57,696 nt of DNA, from contig NC_068994.1 of NCBI RefSeq assembly GCF_001194135.2, positions 9,707,353-9,765,048 on the forward strand. Reading direction: 5' to 3'. This DNA is from Octopus bimaculoides. Lineage: Eukaryota. A program made the position numbers and the translations under genes. The notes under the pieces were generated by a model. That model was not told the origin of the DNA, made no database searches, and worked only from the letters and a program-made list of their open reading frames with translations. Below, one piece after another: positions 12,690-26,503 of this stretch. Numbering within the stretch: the stretch's first letter is position 1; each line of letters begins with the position of its first letter.

Positions 12690-13350
12690 AACGGGACGAG
12701 AGAATGGGTTTCCGCGTGTACACGATGTAATAACAAAAAAAATTGAACAAATTAAAACTTCCAACAGGGGAGGTGCTTGAAGGCCCTCGTGGAAGAACCC
12801 ACAAAAGCCACAGGTGCCTGAACAACAGGACAAGAGCCCTTCTCCTTTGATTTCCTTTTAATAGGTGCAGGCTCAGAATTAGCCCATTCACACTGGCTGG
12901 CCATTCTTTCAACATTCACCCGCCTTTCAAGAAACTCACTAGAAGGCAACACTTCTTTCTCCATCCTCAACATTCTTTTAGAGTGAAACTTGAAAAAGTT
13001 GCTGAGAGCTTGGCCAAAGTGGAAAGAGTCAAACGGATCCACCATACTACCTCTTTCGCTACAGCCACTAGACAAATTAAAATTGCCTGCTCCTCCTGGC
13101 CAAAAGAGTGCAGTGGGGAAATCTTCACAATGGATTCAGCTGATAGCCGGATCCGTCCCACACGCGACAACAGGTGTTCGACATAAACCCACATGTCAGC
13201 AATACTCGAGCACTGGACTAGGGCGTGCAGAACGGTTTCATCGTTCTTGGTGCACCTCGGGCGGGCGCGGCTGACGGCACTTCGGTGCCAGTAAAGTTTA
13301 TTCCAAACAGGCAGCGCCCGTTGGAATATTTAGACTGCCTGGTAGATGGG
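12690..13350 (-). mobile_element. L1/Tx1-clade non-LTR retrotransposon, ORF2 C-terminus and 3' UTR (5'-truncated, frameshifted)
   Basis: The minus strand reads ALPVWNKLYWHRSAVSRARPRCTKNDETVLHALVQCSSIADMWVYVEHLLSRVGRIRLSAESIVKI...LICLVAVAKEVVWWIRL, then FGQALSNFFKFHSKR...EFLERRVNVERMA. This is the CCHC zinc-knuckle (zf-RVT-like) end typical of L1/Tx1 ORF2, with the first Cys mutated to Arg. Confidence 0.85.
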
Positions 13351-14539
13351 CAAATGTCATTAATGATAATGGAAATTATTTCCATGAATAAAATTGATTG
13401 AGATGTCAATTATCTATATCCCTTTTTGCATATTAAAAAAACGCTCAGAACTTTCCAGACATCCTGATAATACACCTGTTCTTCCCACACCTGCCTTTCT
13501 ATTCTGTTTTCTGTACATTACATTTTAATTATATATACAAACATACANNNNNNNNNNNNNNNNNNNNNNNNNNNNNNNNNNNNNNNNNNNNNNNNNNNNN
13601 NNNNNNNNNNNNNNNNNNNNNNNNNNNNNNNNNNNNNNNNNNNNNNNNNNNNNNNNNNNNNNNNNNNNNNNNNNNNNNNNNNNNNNNNNNNNNNNNNNNN
13701 NNNNNNNNNNNNNNNNNNNNNNNNNNNNNNNNNNNNNNNNNNNNNNNNNNNNNNNNNNNNNNNNNNNNNNNNNNNNNNNNNNNNNNNNNNNNNNNNNNNN
13801 NNNNNNNNNNNNNNNNNNNNNNNNNNNNNNNNNNNNNNNNNNNNNNNNNNNNNNNNNNNNNNNNNNNNNNNNNNNNNNNNNNNNNNNNNNNNNNNNNNNN
13901 NNNNNNNNNNNNNNNNNNNNNNNNNNNNNNNNNNNNNNTATATATATATAAAATATGTCTATATATGTGTGCATATCGTTTGTGTTAAGAGGATATGTAT
14001 ATATATACACATATATATATATGTGTGTGTGTATACATACATACATGCATATCTACATACATACATACATACATACATACATACATACATACATACACAC
14101 ATAGAAACATACAAACACACATAATTGCATACTACTTTGAAAATCGAAGCGATTTCTAAATTTCCCATCACGAAGTATACACACAACTATATCTGGGAGC
14201 TAAAAGCTTACAGATTGACATGAACAGCAGTAAATTGACCCGAATTGTAACAAACATACCCTGATTTCTTTTCTTTACTGTTTCTGTCACTCAATATCTT
14301 TGATTCTTACAGCAATCATAGTTGTAAGAGTAATGGAAAGACACTTAATAATGACAAGAAGATGACAGGGAACTTTTTGAAAAGACGGAAGACTTAGTTT
14401 AAACAAACAAAATTATATTAGGAAAATAACAAACCGTATCGAAATGGAGTAGAAATCGTAATGTCTTAAATTGTTAGCGCGCATGTTTAAATCAAATAAG
14501 TACCACCATTATGAAATGGATGATTTGAATTGATGGTTT

Positions 14540-14794
14540 GAAACGTAGCTGGGAGGGGAGAGCAGGTGGTGTTGGTTGAGGAGCAGGAGGAGGCGGTAGA
14601 AGGAGGAGGAAGGGGAGCAGTAGCAGAAGAAAGTGAAGAATGAAGGAGAAAGAGAAAACAATGAAGGGTCGGAGGGGAAAAAGTAGTAATAGTAGTAGTA
14701 GTAGTATAAGTAGTAGTAGAATTGGAGGAGGAGGGGCAGCAGCAACACAAGCAGTAGTGGTAGCAGTAGTGGTAGCAGTAGTGGTAGCAGCAGC

Positions 14795-14837
<43 letters not shown>

Positions 14838-14880
14838 TGAAAGGAGGGTAGGATGGAAAGGTTGGGAGGAGGAAGCCAAG
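14540..14880. repeat. Compound GGA/AGT/GCA trinucleotide tract
   Basis: Read directly; explains ORFs 14487, 14509 and 14640. Confidence 0.9.
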
Positions 14881-15361
14881 ACGTCTATGAAGACGATAAA
14901 GTGGGAAAAGTCGAATGCGCTTTTCAATAAGGACTCTTATGGACTTCATTTCTGCCAATATTTCATCACTGTGATCGACGTTACTTAGTTTTATTATCAA
15001 AATATGATTCATTTTACCATTGCGGATGGATGATGATTGTAAGGTTCTTATCGTTTTTTATGAAATAATTGATTTAGATAGAAGGAAATAATATTAACAG
15101 TGATTGGTACTATTTGTGAAGACTAGAAAGAGGAATATTAAATATAAAAATAATAATGAATTATTCTGAATAAACGTAAAATATTATTTTTAGCTAAGTA
15201 GATTAATAGTATTGTAAATATTCGTTATTGGAGCCCTAAGCAGTATTAGATTTAAATAGTATTCTGTATACAATATCTAATACACATATACTGTAGGAAA
15301 CTTGGAAACTACAGCATTTGTCTGGAGGAAGCATATCGTAAATACGTATAATGTTAAAAAC

Positions 15362-15490
15362 AAGAAATATGTCAGTACCAGAGAGTGAGTATCTTGATCA
15401 AATCGATCCCACGGCTCGACTGGTACTTATTTTATTTATACTGAAGGAATGAAAGGCGAATTCTGTAATCGGAACATAAACTCGGGAGAA
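15362..15490 (-). mobile_element. Degenerate SINE
   Basis: gatcaaatcgatcccac...ctggtacttattttattt...gaaggaatgaaaggcgaa is the reverse complement of the SINE core. Confidence 0.6.
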
Positions 15491-15597
15491 ATACCAGCAA
15501 ATTTTTTTCTCTTTTTTCTTTTCTTTTTTTTTTTCATCGTGCTAATGATTCTCTGAATACACCGCCTAGATTTGTATTTTATGCTAGCCATAGAATT

Positions 15598-15725
15598 TGC
15601 CACTGACGCCGAGCTTGCCTTTCATTACTTCGAGGTCGATAAAATAAGTACCAGCCGAGCACCGAAGTCGATGCTTCCCCTACCGAACCTGTTGGCGTTG
15701 TGCCAAAATTTGAAACCAATATTTG
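15598..15725 (+). mobile_element. SINE 3' two-thirds
   Basis: gccgagcttgcctttcattacttcgaggtcgataaaataagtaccagccgagcacc...ttgtgccaaaatttgaaaccaatatt. Confidence 0.75.
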
Positions 15726-15747
15726 ATGTAGAATTTAGACGGCAAGC

Positions 15748-15955
15748 AAGCAGAATAGTTAGAATCCTGGCCAAAATGATTAGCGGGATTTCTCCCCGTG
15801 CTAAGTTTTGAGTTCAAATTGTGCTGACATCGACTCTAATTTTCCAATTTGGAGAGTCGATGAAATAAGCACATGTGGAGCACTGCGGTCGATGTACTCG
15901 ACTTACCTCCATTTCTGAAATTGCTGGCCTTGTACCAAAATTTGATAACCATAAT
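15748..15955 (+). mobile_element. Near full-length degenerate tRNA-derived SINE
   Basis: Head gcagaatagttag...aaatgattagcgggattt with a B-box-like gagttcaaatt, the shared core, and 3' end gaaattgctggccttgtaccaaaatttga. Confidence 0.7.
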
Positions 15956-16169
15956 ACAAGGTAGAATGAAACATCGACAAGGAATGGCTTTAACGTACAT
16001 TGGTGCTAAATAATATGAAGTGTTCTATGAACAATGGACTTTACCAAGAATTCACACGAAAGAGACGATAAATAAATAAATAACCATAAGAAATAATGTT
16101 CCTTACTGATTATTATTATAAGGAAAAATAGGAAATGAAAGCTTGGCTAATGGGATTGTTTATATACAA

Positions 16170-16217
<48 letters not shown>

Positions 16218-17014
16218 TAAATTCATACATGTGTGTGTATGAATGTACCTAAGATCTCAATAAATTATATCTATATTAAATTAATTAAATTAATTTTTTG
16301 CACACGATGGGGAATAACAAAACAAATACATATATCACTTTTTTATAGCAAATATGATATATAAATGGATATACTAAGAAATGGATATCCAGTGAAGTAG
16401 ATAAGTAAAAAAAATTGAATTAAATTCTATATTTTTATATAAGATTAGACAATATATATTCAAATGTAAAATTCGAAATAAGGGTAAAAAATAAAATGAT
16501 GTTGCTATCAGCGGTATCGATCTGAATAGGCTCGGAGGAATTTCAGAGGTCAGAAGCACTGTTACCTGTCCCTTTTTTGAAAAATTCAGACAAATAAGAT
16601 GGAATTAAGTGAATTCGTAAAATAATAACAAATCAAATCCAAGCGAATTAAATTGCGATCGTGCTTCAGGATACACTTTTGGTTTATCAAATATTTACAT
16701 TAGACATTGGATACAACCACCTATACCTTTATACTGGCATTGCTTTTTTTACACACACGCACAGACACACACGCACAGACACACGCACACGCAGACACAC
16801 AAACACACACACATATATACATATCAGAATTATAACTTGCGTATGTACCAAGCAAATCTATTAATAGGAAGGTCGATAAAAGTGAAAAGGAAAACTAAAG
16901 CCCAGCAGCAATATATCAGTAGAGTTAAGTCAAATTGGGTAAATAATATACAATAAAACGCGATAATAAAATCTATTTACTTAAATGCAAACACACATAC
17001 ACCCCCACCCCCCA

Positions 17015-17060
<46 letters not shown>

Positions 17061-17061
17061 C

Positions 17062-17430
17062 GCATTTTGGGTTGCTGTAGAGCTGTGCTGTCGAATTTTG
17101 CTTAATGTCCTCTGTTGGCTCAAATCGTCTCCTTTTGAGTGCTTTTTATGTTTTTTCTAAAACCAAAAGTCACACGGAGCCAAGTCTGGGAAGTAGAAAA
17201 TCTGGAGAACAAGTGGTATGTTTTGCTTGACGAGGAATGAGTAGGTGGAGCGGAGCGGGTGCGTTGTCACGGTGGAGTTGCCAGTTCTTTGCTGCACACA
17301 GATTGTTTTCGCCACACAGCTTCATGAAGGCCGCCAAGATTCCTCAGGTAGTATTCTTTGTCAATTATTTGACCTTGTGGTGCATATTCATGGCTCACTG
17401 TCCACTGAGTTTGTACTATGAAGATGGTAT
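17062..17430 (-). mobile_element. Mariner (DD34D-type) transposase, decayed C-terminal half
   Basis: With frameshifts, the minus strand reads HEYAPQGQIIDKEYYL...LHEAVWRK, AAKNWQLHRDNAPA, PDLAPCDFWF and RRFEPTEDIKQNSTAQLYSNPK. These are the mariner HDNAP and YSPDLAPCD catalytic motifs. Confidence 0.85.
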
Positions 17431-18989
17431 TTAGTTTGTGTTTACCCCCAACTAAACTATTTCAGTAATGAAGGGCATTCCAGCTTTTAATGCCCCACGT
17501 ATCATTATCTGATTCTTCTGATCCATTATTGTAAATGCGACCTCGTCAAGGTTGGGGCTATTGGACCGAATTAGATGGAGGCCTTCACATAATTGTGGAA
17601 TTGGCTCCATTTTCTCTTGGCACCTTGCGAAAATGGCACATTCTTCAGTGTCGGGTTGACTTCTAAGTGATGTTGAGTGGTTGCAAACGGTATAGAACCC
17701 AGCCTCGAATGATAGAAACGCATCAGCAATTGCCTAACTACGTTAATATTTCACGTATCTTTGGAATTATCATATATGTAGAATTTAATTCAGGAGTAGT
17801 GTATTCAACTAATCTAATGACTGAATTTTCATCGTCCGTCGGACTGCAGATGTTAGTTACCACAATTTCCAAGATTATATTCGCTTTTCGTTTTCTACTT
17901 GGCACTCAATCGTCATATGTCTCAAAAGAGGTAAAATATATCCGAATTTCCCAAAACGACAACCAAATGCTGCAGAGGCGCACCAGAACTATAGAGAACC
18001 ATAAAACAATATGATAAAAATAATTCTCGTGTTAATTCAATTGACAATGGACCTGGTAAAATCAAATGAGCAAACGAATGTTTTCTTGCAATCCAATTTT
18101 ATTATAAAACTTGTTACACTTTTACGAAGAGGTAAATGCATTTTCTAGCCGATCGAGTGACAAACATAGGTACTCGTGTTGAGGTACGCATCTGAACGCG
18201 GTCAGTCACACTGCTAAATATAGCAGCCAAGTATATTTCAAATTTCATAATACCTTCCATTGTATAAACATCTTGCTTGTCTTTGAGCAATGGTTAAATT
18301 ACATCAACAAAAAGTATATTACAGTTCGACTTATTGCTTCTACGACTGAAGGCTGCGAAATCAGATTCGGTAAACTATATAGCGCATTTACTTCCGTATA
18401 AGTAACACTTTCTATACATAACTACAATACCAAATACCAAAGAAGTGTTTTGTACATGAAGTTAACAATGTTTCTTTTATAGAGGTTTCTGTCCTAACAT
18501 CGTCTATAAAAAATACGGGGTTTGATTGATGTATAAGAAATATATACTCCTGTAAGTACGGTATTTCTAAATTGAATGGGGAGGTTTCGGAACTGTTAAA
18601 CGGGGATCGTAGTTGTATCGACACTTGTTTTATTATCAAGACAAACAAGATAAAATTTCCTCAGAGGTATAAAAGACGGATATGAAAGACATTCTAACAC
18701 AATGGAAAATACAATATAGTTAAACTAATGATAATAATCAATAATATTGGTAAATTACGAAATACAATATCCTATTGTATAAATATATTATATAAGGGTG
18801 TGTGTGTATGTGTGTAAGTTCTGGTATGGATGTAATTATATCTATACTTCGTGTGTATGTGAATATACTGATATATGTTTATTGTTCGTTGATACCGTGA
18901 TTCCTAGCTCAGAGGCAGCTGTTGTTTTTAGTTACGACTTTTGAAGTAGAGTTAAGAAGTGTAGATAATGCAAGAAAATAGGGGGAAAA

Positions 18990-19515
18990 TTAAGAATATG
19001 AAAAACAAATGGGGGGGGGGAACTGAAACTTGAAGTAGATAACAACAACAACAACAACAACAACAAATTTAATAATACCGACGAAAAAAAATTGCAGGAA
19101 CAACAAGAGAAGAAAGAAATGTAACTAAACAATGTGAAAGAGAAAAAAATAAAAATAAACGTGTTGAAGAACAAGGAGAAAATGAAGAAGAGGAAGAGGG
19201 TGGTGACGATGACTTTGACGATGATGAAGATGATGATGATGATGATGATGATGAAGATGATGATAATGAAGATGATGTGGAGGTGAGTGATGACGATGAC
19301 GACGACGATAATTGCGATGATGGCAATGATGATGATGACGACAATGACGACGATGATGATAAAAAAGATAAGTTTGACGATTGTGATCATGATGATAATG
19401 ATGAAGGAGGTGGAGTCAGGAGGAGGGGAGAAGGAGGAGGAGGGGTGAAGGAGGAGGAGGGAGAAATCAAGAAGAAGAAGAAGAAGAAGAAGAAGAAGAA
19501 GAAAAAGAAGAAGAA
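18990..19515. repeat. Compound purine-rich trinucleotide tract (AAC, GAT/GAC, GGA, AAG)
   Basis: Read directly; explains the poly-I/S/D/K ORFs 18932, 19069 and 19277. Confidence 0.9.
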
Positions 19516-19944
19516 TTCGCTACAGTACTCACCTTGTTTGGACATTTTACTCAAAAGGAATGAACATGGCGTACATATTGAAGAATATGTCGTATAAATG
19601 ATGGGCGATTAATAAAAAAAAGCAGAACAAGGAATACATTTGTTATCATCCTTTTAGTTACTTAGTAAGTTTGGTTAGAATACGGATTATATCAAGTTCT
19701 AACAGAGACACAGGCCACAAATGTAAGTAGGGTGAGAGAGTCAATATAAACGTGATCAATAATTATTTCCTATAACTGGTGGGGATCAAAATAAAAAAGT
19801 CAGACATTCCAGATGTGAGATGAGAACATAATGACAAAACAAAAAAACAAATAGCATCCATGAGTGTGTATCAGGCTTTTCATTCCGGTTACCAGTCCAC
19901 CGACACCAGGGGAAATGCTTACGACATCTGTTTGGTGTTTATGG

Positions 19945-20020
19945 ATTTCACTTGTTTCAGCCATTGGACCGCAGTCCTGATGGGGCAACGCCTTTAAAGG
20001 TTTAGTCAAAAAATCGCTCC
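19945..20020 (-). mobile_element. 3' fragment of a second SINE-like family
   Basis: cttgtttcagccattggaccgcagtcctgatggggcaacgcctttaaaggtttagtc; a related degenerate segment lies at ~35025-35100 (gccatgctgggacagcgtcttcaagg). Family assignment is from memory. Confidence 0.45.
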
Positions 20021-20386
20021 TACTGTACAGGAATATTTAGCATAACATAATGTTAAGGGGACATAAACAAACCAACACCAGCATTCAAATTGTTAAGGAA
20101 CAAACACAAGCACAGTCAAACACAATCATATATAGATGCATACATACATACTTATATTTACACACACACATACACACATACACACACGTACACAGACAAA
20201 CACAAAATTACAGACACACACACATATATATATATATGGATTTAAACAGTTTGATTCAAAATCATAGGTACTCTGAGTTTCAAGCGTGATGCTAATCTTT
20301 GGGCATACAAATTGATCCAGACATGTAACTCGCAATAAATGTGTTGAGTGCCTTTCCTTCGTTCGTCTACTCATTCGTATATATAT

Positions 20387-20433
<47 letters not shown>

Positions 20434-23294
20434 NNNNNNNNNNNNNNNNNNNNNNNNNNNNNNNNNNNNNNNNNNNNNNNNNNNNNNNNNNNNNNNNNNN
20501 NNNNNNNNNNNNNNNNNNNNNNNNNNNNNNNNNNNNNNNNNNNNNNNNNNNNNNNNNNNNNNNNNNNNNNNNNNNNNNNNNNNNNNNNNNNNNNNNNNNN
20601 NNNNNNNNNNNNNNNNNNNNNNNNNNNNNNNNNNNNNNNNNNNNNNNNNNNNNNNNNNNNNNNNNNNNNNNNNNNNNNNNNNNNNNNNNNNNNNNNNNNN
20701 NNNNNNNNNNNNNNNNNNNNNNNNNNNNNNNNNNNNNNNNNNNNNNNNNNNNNNNNNNNNNNNNNNNNNNNNNNNNNNNNNNNNNNNNNNNNNNNNNNNN
20801 NNNNNNNNNNNNNNNNNNNNNNNNNNNNNNNNNNNNNNNNNNNNNNNNNNNNNNNNNNNNNNNNNNNNNNNNNNNNNNNNNNNNNNNNNNNNNNNNNNNN
20901 NNNNNNNNNNNNNNNNNNNNNNNNNNNNNNNNNNNNNNNNNNNNNNNNNNNNNNNNNNNNNNNNNNNNNNNNNNNNNNNNNNNNNNNNNNNNNNNNNNNN
21001 NNNNNNNNNNNNNNNNNNNNNNNNNNNNNNNNNNNNNNNNNNNNNNNNNNNNNNNNNNNNNNNNNNNNNNNNNNNNNNNNNNNNNNNNNNNNNNNNNNNN
21101 NNNNNNNNNNNNNNNNNNNNNNNNNNNNNNNNNNNNNNNNNNNNNNNNNNNNNNNNNNNNNNNNNNNNNNNNNNNNNNNNNNNNNNNNNNNNNNNNNNNN
21201 NNNNNNNNNNNNNNNNNNNNNNNNNNNNNNNNNNNNNNTATATATATATATATATATGATATATATATACACACGCGCGCGAACTCAGACGAGCACACAC
21301 ACATACTCAGACAATGAAGATTAGTGTCCCAATCATATATAAGTTAATCGTAAGATATACTTTCATTTCTTTTCGTTTGAACTCTGCTTTAATCAATAAA
21401 CAAGAATATCTAAAGAAAAAAATTATTGCAACGTGTATAAAATCATAAAGACATACAAATATATGTAAGTATATGTTAGCAGCTAAGATATAAATATATA
21501 CATAGATACACATATATACATATATGCACACACTCACATATATATATTTGTGTATACACACAAAAAAAGATGTACACACATATATAGGTGCGTTATATAT
21601 GTTTATATTTATAAATATTTATAAATACGTATATATTCACATGTATATATAAGAATATATCCATGTGTGTGTGTGTGAATTTATATTACATATATACATA
21701 AAAATCCATAAACATTTATATTTATATATGCATATATATACATATATATATATGTGTGTCTATATATNNNNNNNNNNTATATATATATATATATGTGTGT
21801 GTGGGTGGGTGTGTGTGTGTGTGTGTGCGTGTGTGTATGCACACGTTCATATCATTACCGACAGATATTTTTTTGAAATTTGGGGAAGTTTGGTCGTTTA
21901 TTTGGTATTTCGTCTTTTTTTTTCATGATGGCTCTAATTTGCTTTTTGTACAGCCAAACACACACGCACGCACACATGCACACACGTACACATGAACACA
22001 CATACACAAACACACACTCATGCACACATACAGAGACTGATGTTTTGCGTGTGTGTGCGTACGTTTATAAAATTTCTTCTTCCTCATTATTTTTCTTTAA
22101 TAACTTTTTAGCAATTTTTGTCATTTATATATCGTTTTTATATTGGCAAACAAAAGAAAGATATTTATCAATTGTGATATGATTAGTTAAGACAGCAAGT
22201 GTATTTGACAATAAGCAAAACAGTCACTCACTGAAAATTTGTTAGGATACGTGACCTAGAAGATTTCCAAAGTCAATGAAAAACACATCAATTACACCGA
22301 TACTCTATACAAAAATCACAACGTAACCACAAATGTAACATGACGATATTATTGTTGTGCAGAATAATACACAAACTTATATATATATATACATATATAA
22401 TATACATATATATGCATATGTATATGCATATATAGACGTAACTATGTACATATAAGTAGGTATATATGCATATATATGTATATTATATATGTATATATAT
22501 ATATATATACATATATTTATATATGTGTGTGTGTGTCACTACATAAATAAGATTTTTATAAACAAATCCGAGAATAAATATCGTTAAGATATNNNNNNNN
22601 NNNNNNNNNNNNNNNNNNNNNNNNNNNNNNNNNNNNNNNNNNNNNNNNNNNNNNNNNNNNNNNNNNNNNNNNNNNNNNNNNNNNNNNNNNNNNNNNNNNN
22701 NNNNNNNNNNNNNNNNNNNNNNNNNNNNNNNNNNNNNNNNNNNNNNNNNNNNNNNNNNNNNNNNNNNNNNNNNNNNNNNNNNNNNNNNNNNNNNNNNNNN
22801 NNNNNNNNNNNNNNNNNNNNNNNNNNNNNNNNNNNNNNNNNNNNNNNNNNNNNNNNNNNNNNNNNNNNNNNNNNNNNNNNNNNNNNNNNNNNNNNNNNNN
22901 NNNNNNNNNNNNNNNNNNNNNNNNNNNNNNNNNNNNNNNNNNNNNNNNNNNNNNNNNNNNNNNNNNNNNNNNNNNNNNNNNNNNNNNNNNNNNNNNNNNN
23001 NNNNNNNNNNNNNNNNNNNNNNNNNNNNNNNNNNNNNNNNNNNNNNNNNNNNNNNNNNNNNNNNNNNNNNNNNNNNNNNNNNNNNNNNNNNNNNNNNNNN
23101 NNNNNNNNNNNNNNNNNNNNNNNNNNNNNNNNNNNNNNNNNNNNNNNNNNNNNNNNNNNNNNNNNNNNNNNNNNNNNNNNNNNNNNNNNNNNNNNNNNNN
23201 NNNNNNNNNNNNNNNNNNNNNNNNNNNNNNNNNNNNNNNNNNNNNNNNNNNNNNNNNNNNNNNNNNNNNNNNNNNNNNNNNNNNNNNNNNNNNN

Positions 23295-23328
<34 letters not shown>

Positions 23329-24354
23329 AATTCTTGTGTGTGGAACCAATGATGTTAGCATACTTATGTTTTTGCTACGTTTCGAAATTGGACAAAAATT
23401 ACAGAATAGGATTTTAATCAGGAACGTTTAAGAGAATATATATATATATATACTATTTTCCTCGCGTTTCGCCCCGTCTGTATAACTGTGTGACAATATG
23501 TAGGTGTATAGATTTATGTATACCCACTGATTTATATAATATAGGGTTGCCAATAGTTTAAACTATATATGAACTGTGTTCAATCTGCAGTTTTGAATGC
23601 TACATTGTGTAGGACATGGAATATCATCAGTATTTCTATACTATTTTTTCATAAAACAGTTTTAATTTTAACCCAACTAAACGGATTTTGNNNNNNNNNN
23701 NNNNNNNNNNNNNNNNNNNNNNNNNNNNNNNNNNNNNNNNNNNNNNNNNNNNNNNNNNNNNNNNNNNNNNNNNNNNNNNNNNNNNNNNNNTAGATAGATA
23801 CATAGATAGATAGATAGTTTTACTTATATAAACACATATGTTTACAGGTCTCTGTGTGTGTATATGTATGTGCTTGTGCGTGCGATGTGTACCTGTGTGC
23901 TTATGTTTGTATTTGTGTACGCGTGTGTAAGTGTATATTCACATCAGTCACAAAGCATGCATTCTAAGATTAAATAGAATCCTCCATGGATGATGCCTAA
24001 AGACAGATATTCTATACAACCAATATTTCCTGTCAGGTATTCTGAGTTGAGTTTTGTGTCACGAGGTCACGAATGCTTGGTCGTTAACTTTGAATGCAAG
24101 TCTGGATGAAATGGAGACATGCGAACACAGCATCAAATAATAGAATATTACTTGCGTCTTTACTTCATTTGTATACCGGTCTTTAGCATTCACTGTGTTT
24201 CACTATGCCATCCTGCAAATATATATATATAAGTGTGTGTGTGTGTGTGTGTGTATTTATGTATGTATATGTTTCTATATGTATATATACATATATATAT
24301 ATGCATATATATGTATATCTATATATCTATGCCTGTATATAGATATACATATAT

Positions 24355-24415
<61 letters not shown>

Positions 24416-25030
24416 NNNNNNNNNNNNNNNNNNNNNNNNNNNNNNNNNNNNNNNNNNNNNNNNNNNNNNNNNNNNNNNNNNNNNNNNNNNNNNNNNNNNN
24501 NNNNNNNNNNNNNNNNNNNNNNNNNNNNNNNNNNNNNNNNNNNNNNNNNNNNNNNNNNNNNNNNNNNNNNNNNNNNNNNNNNNNNNNNNNNNNNNNNNNN
24601 NNNNNNNNNNNNNNNNNNNNNNNNNNNNNNNNNNNNNNNNNNNNNNNNNNNNNNNNNNNNNNNNNNNNNNNNNNNNNNNNNNNNNNNNNNNNNNNNNNNN
24701 NNNNNNNNNNNNNNNNNNNNNNNNNNNNNNNNNNNNNNNNNNNNNNNNNNNNNNNNNNNNNNNNNNNNNNNNNNNNNNNNNNNNNNNNNNNNNNNNNNNN
24801 NNNNNNNNNNNNNNNNNNNNNNNNNNNNNNNNNNNNNNNNNNNNNNNNNNNNNNNNNNNNNNNNNNNNNNNNNNNNNNNNNNNNNNNNNNNNNNNNNNNN
24901 NNNNNNNNNNNNNNNNNNNNNNNNNNNNNNNNNNNNNNNNNNNNNNNNNNNNNNNNNNNNNNNNNNNNNNNNNNNNNNNNNNNNNNNNNNNNNNNNNNNN
25001 NNNNNNATATATATACCGGTATAGATGTAT

Positions 25031-25063
<33 letters not shown>

Positions 25064-25685
25064 GGTATAGATGTATAGATATATAGATATACATGCGTCT
25101 TCGTCCTTCTGTTTATTCTTGTTATTTCTGTATCTCGCTATCTCTCAGATTCACTAAATATCTCTATTTATCTATCACGCATTTTCTGCCTTTATCTCTC
25201 TGTATTCCTTGTTATTTGGATATCATATACATGTGAGACGTTATATGTCTTCGTGCTCTTTTCTTCTCTAATGTAGGTTTATTTTCGTGGAATTTGCTTA
25301 TGTTTTAGTTGTTTAAACAAATATCAATATTATTCTGCGAATTATCCCGACTAAGTTTATGTATTTGTTTTGTATGTTTCGTTATGTTAGATCGTGTGTT
25401 GAAACAGATATTTTGTTTTGGGATGGTCATTTTTCTTTGACAAATAAACGCACGCACTGTATATTCCTTTTTCACTTCTTCTTAATTGTTTTTCGTATAT
25501 TTGTGTACTTTGTCTGCAGTATTTCGTCAACCATCCATCCATTGACCTCATCAGCGACCGTCTATTCCCCATGTCTTCTCTTGTTCTGTTTTGTCAATTC
25601 TGTCTTCAGAATAGAATAAGACAGTGTTGACTAAACAGACCAGGAAGAAACACGTGATACGGAGAGTCGCTGCTGAGGTCACAAG

Positions 25686-25707
25686 ATGTGTGACGAAAGA
25701 TTTAAAA
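25686..25707 (+). CDS. Candidate first coding segment (MCDERFK+1 nt) within putative exon 25610-25707
   Basis: Long pyrimidine tract plus cag at 25607-25609; donor gtaagg at 25708; all three frames are closed before the ATG at 25686, as in a 5' UTR. The phase matches exon 27843. No homology recognised. Confidence 0.25.
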
Positions 25708-26472
25708 GTAAGGACACAAAAATAAAAAAAAAACTGTAACAAACCCGAAAGAAGAACGAATATGTTTTGCGGTTGAGTATTTAGCAAAAAAAAATACCAT
25801 CCCGACGTAAAACAATACCCTAGTTAAAACATATTAATAGACCTGTTACCACACAAAATAAAAATAAGTTGATTAACAGATCACCAGGCTTCGCTAGACA
25901 TGATTATACTGAAGACGTTAAAAGTAAAACACTTAAGCACATATGTGTGGGAAACATAGCTTGCTGGCAAGAATTAAATTAGTGCGCCTGTACCGTGTAG
26001 CGGTTAACTATATTGAGAATTCAATCCTTAATTTCCTGAATGTTTCGTATATTCGTTNNNNNNNNNNNNNNNNNNNNNNNNNNNNNNNNNNNNNNNNNNN
26101 NNNNNNNNNNNNNNNNNNNNNNNNNNNNNNNNNNNNNNNNNNNNNNNNNNNNNNNNNNNNNNNNNNNNNNNNNNNNNNNNNNNNNNNNNNNNNNNNNNNN
26201 NNNNNNNNNNNNNNNNNNNNNNNNNNNNNNNNNNNNNNNNNNNNNNNNNNNNNNNNNNNNNNNNNNNNNNNNNNNNNNNNNNNNNNNNNNNNNNNNNNNN
26301 NNNNNNNNNNNNNNNNNNNNNNNNNNNNNNNNNNNNNNNNNNNNNNNNNNNNNNNNNNNNNNNNNNNNNNNNNNNNNNNNNNNNNNNNNNNNNNNNNNNN
26401 NNNNNNNNNNNNNNNNNNNNNNNNNNNNNNNNNNNNNNNNNNNNNNNNNNNNNNNNNNNNNNNNNNNNNNNN

Positions 26473-26503
<31 letters not shown>

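Noticed and set aside
14487-15012. Poly-Y/L/V ORFs resembling membrane or signal peptides
   Set aside because: Translations of AGT/GCA/GGA trinucleotide arrays.
19277-19597. Acidic-then-basic D/E/K ORF resembling a nucleolar or chaperone protein
   Set aside because: Built from GAT/GAC/GGA/AAG repeats within a larger compound microsatellite; no ATG start or convincing splice context.
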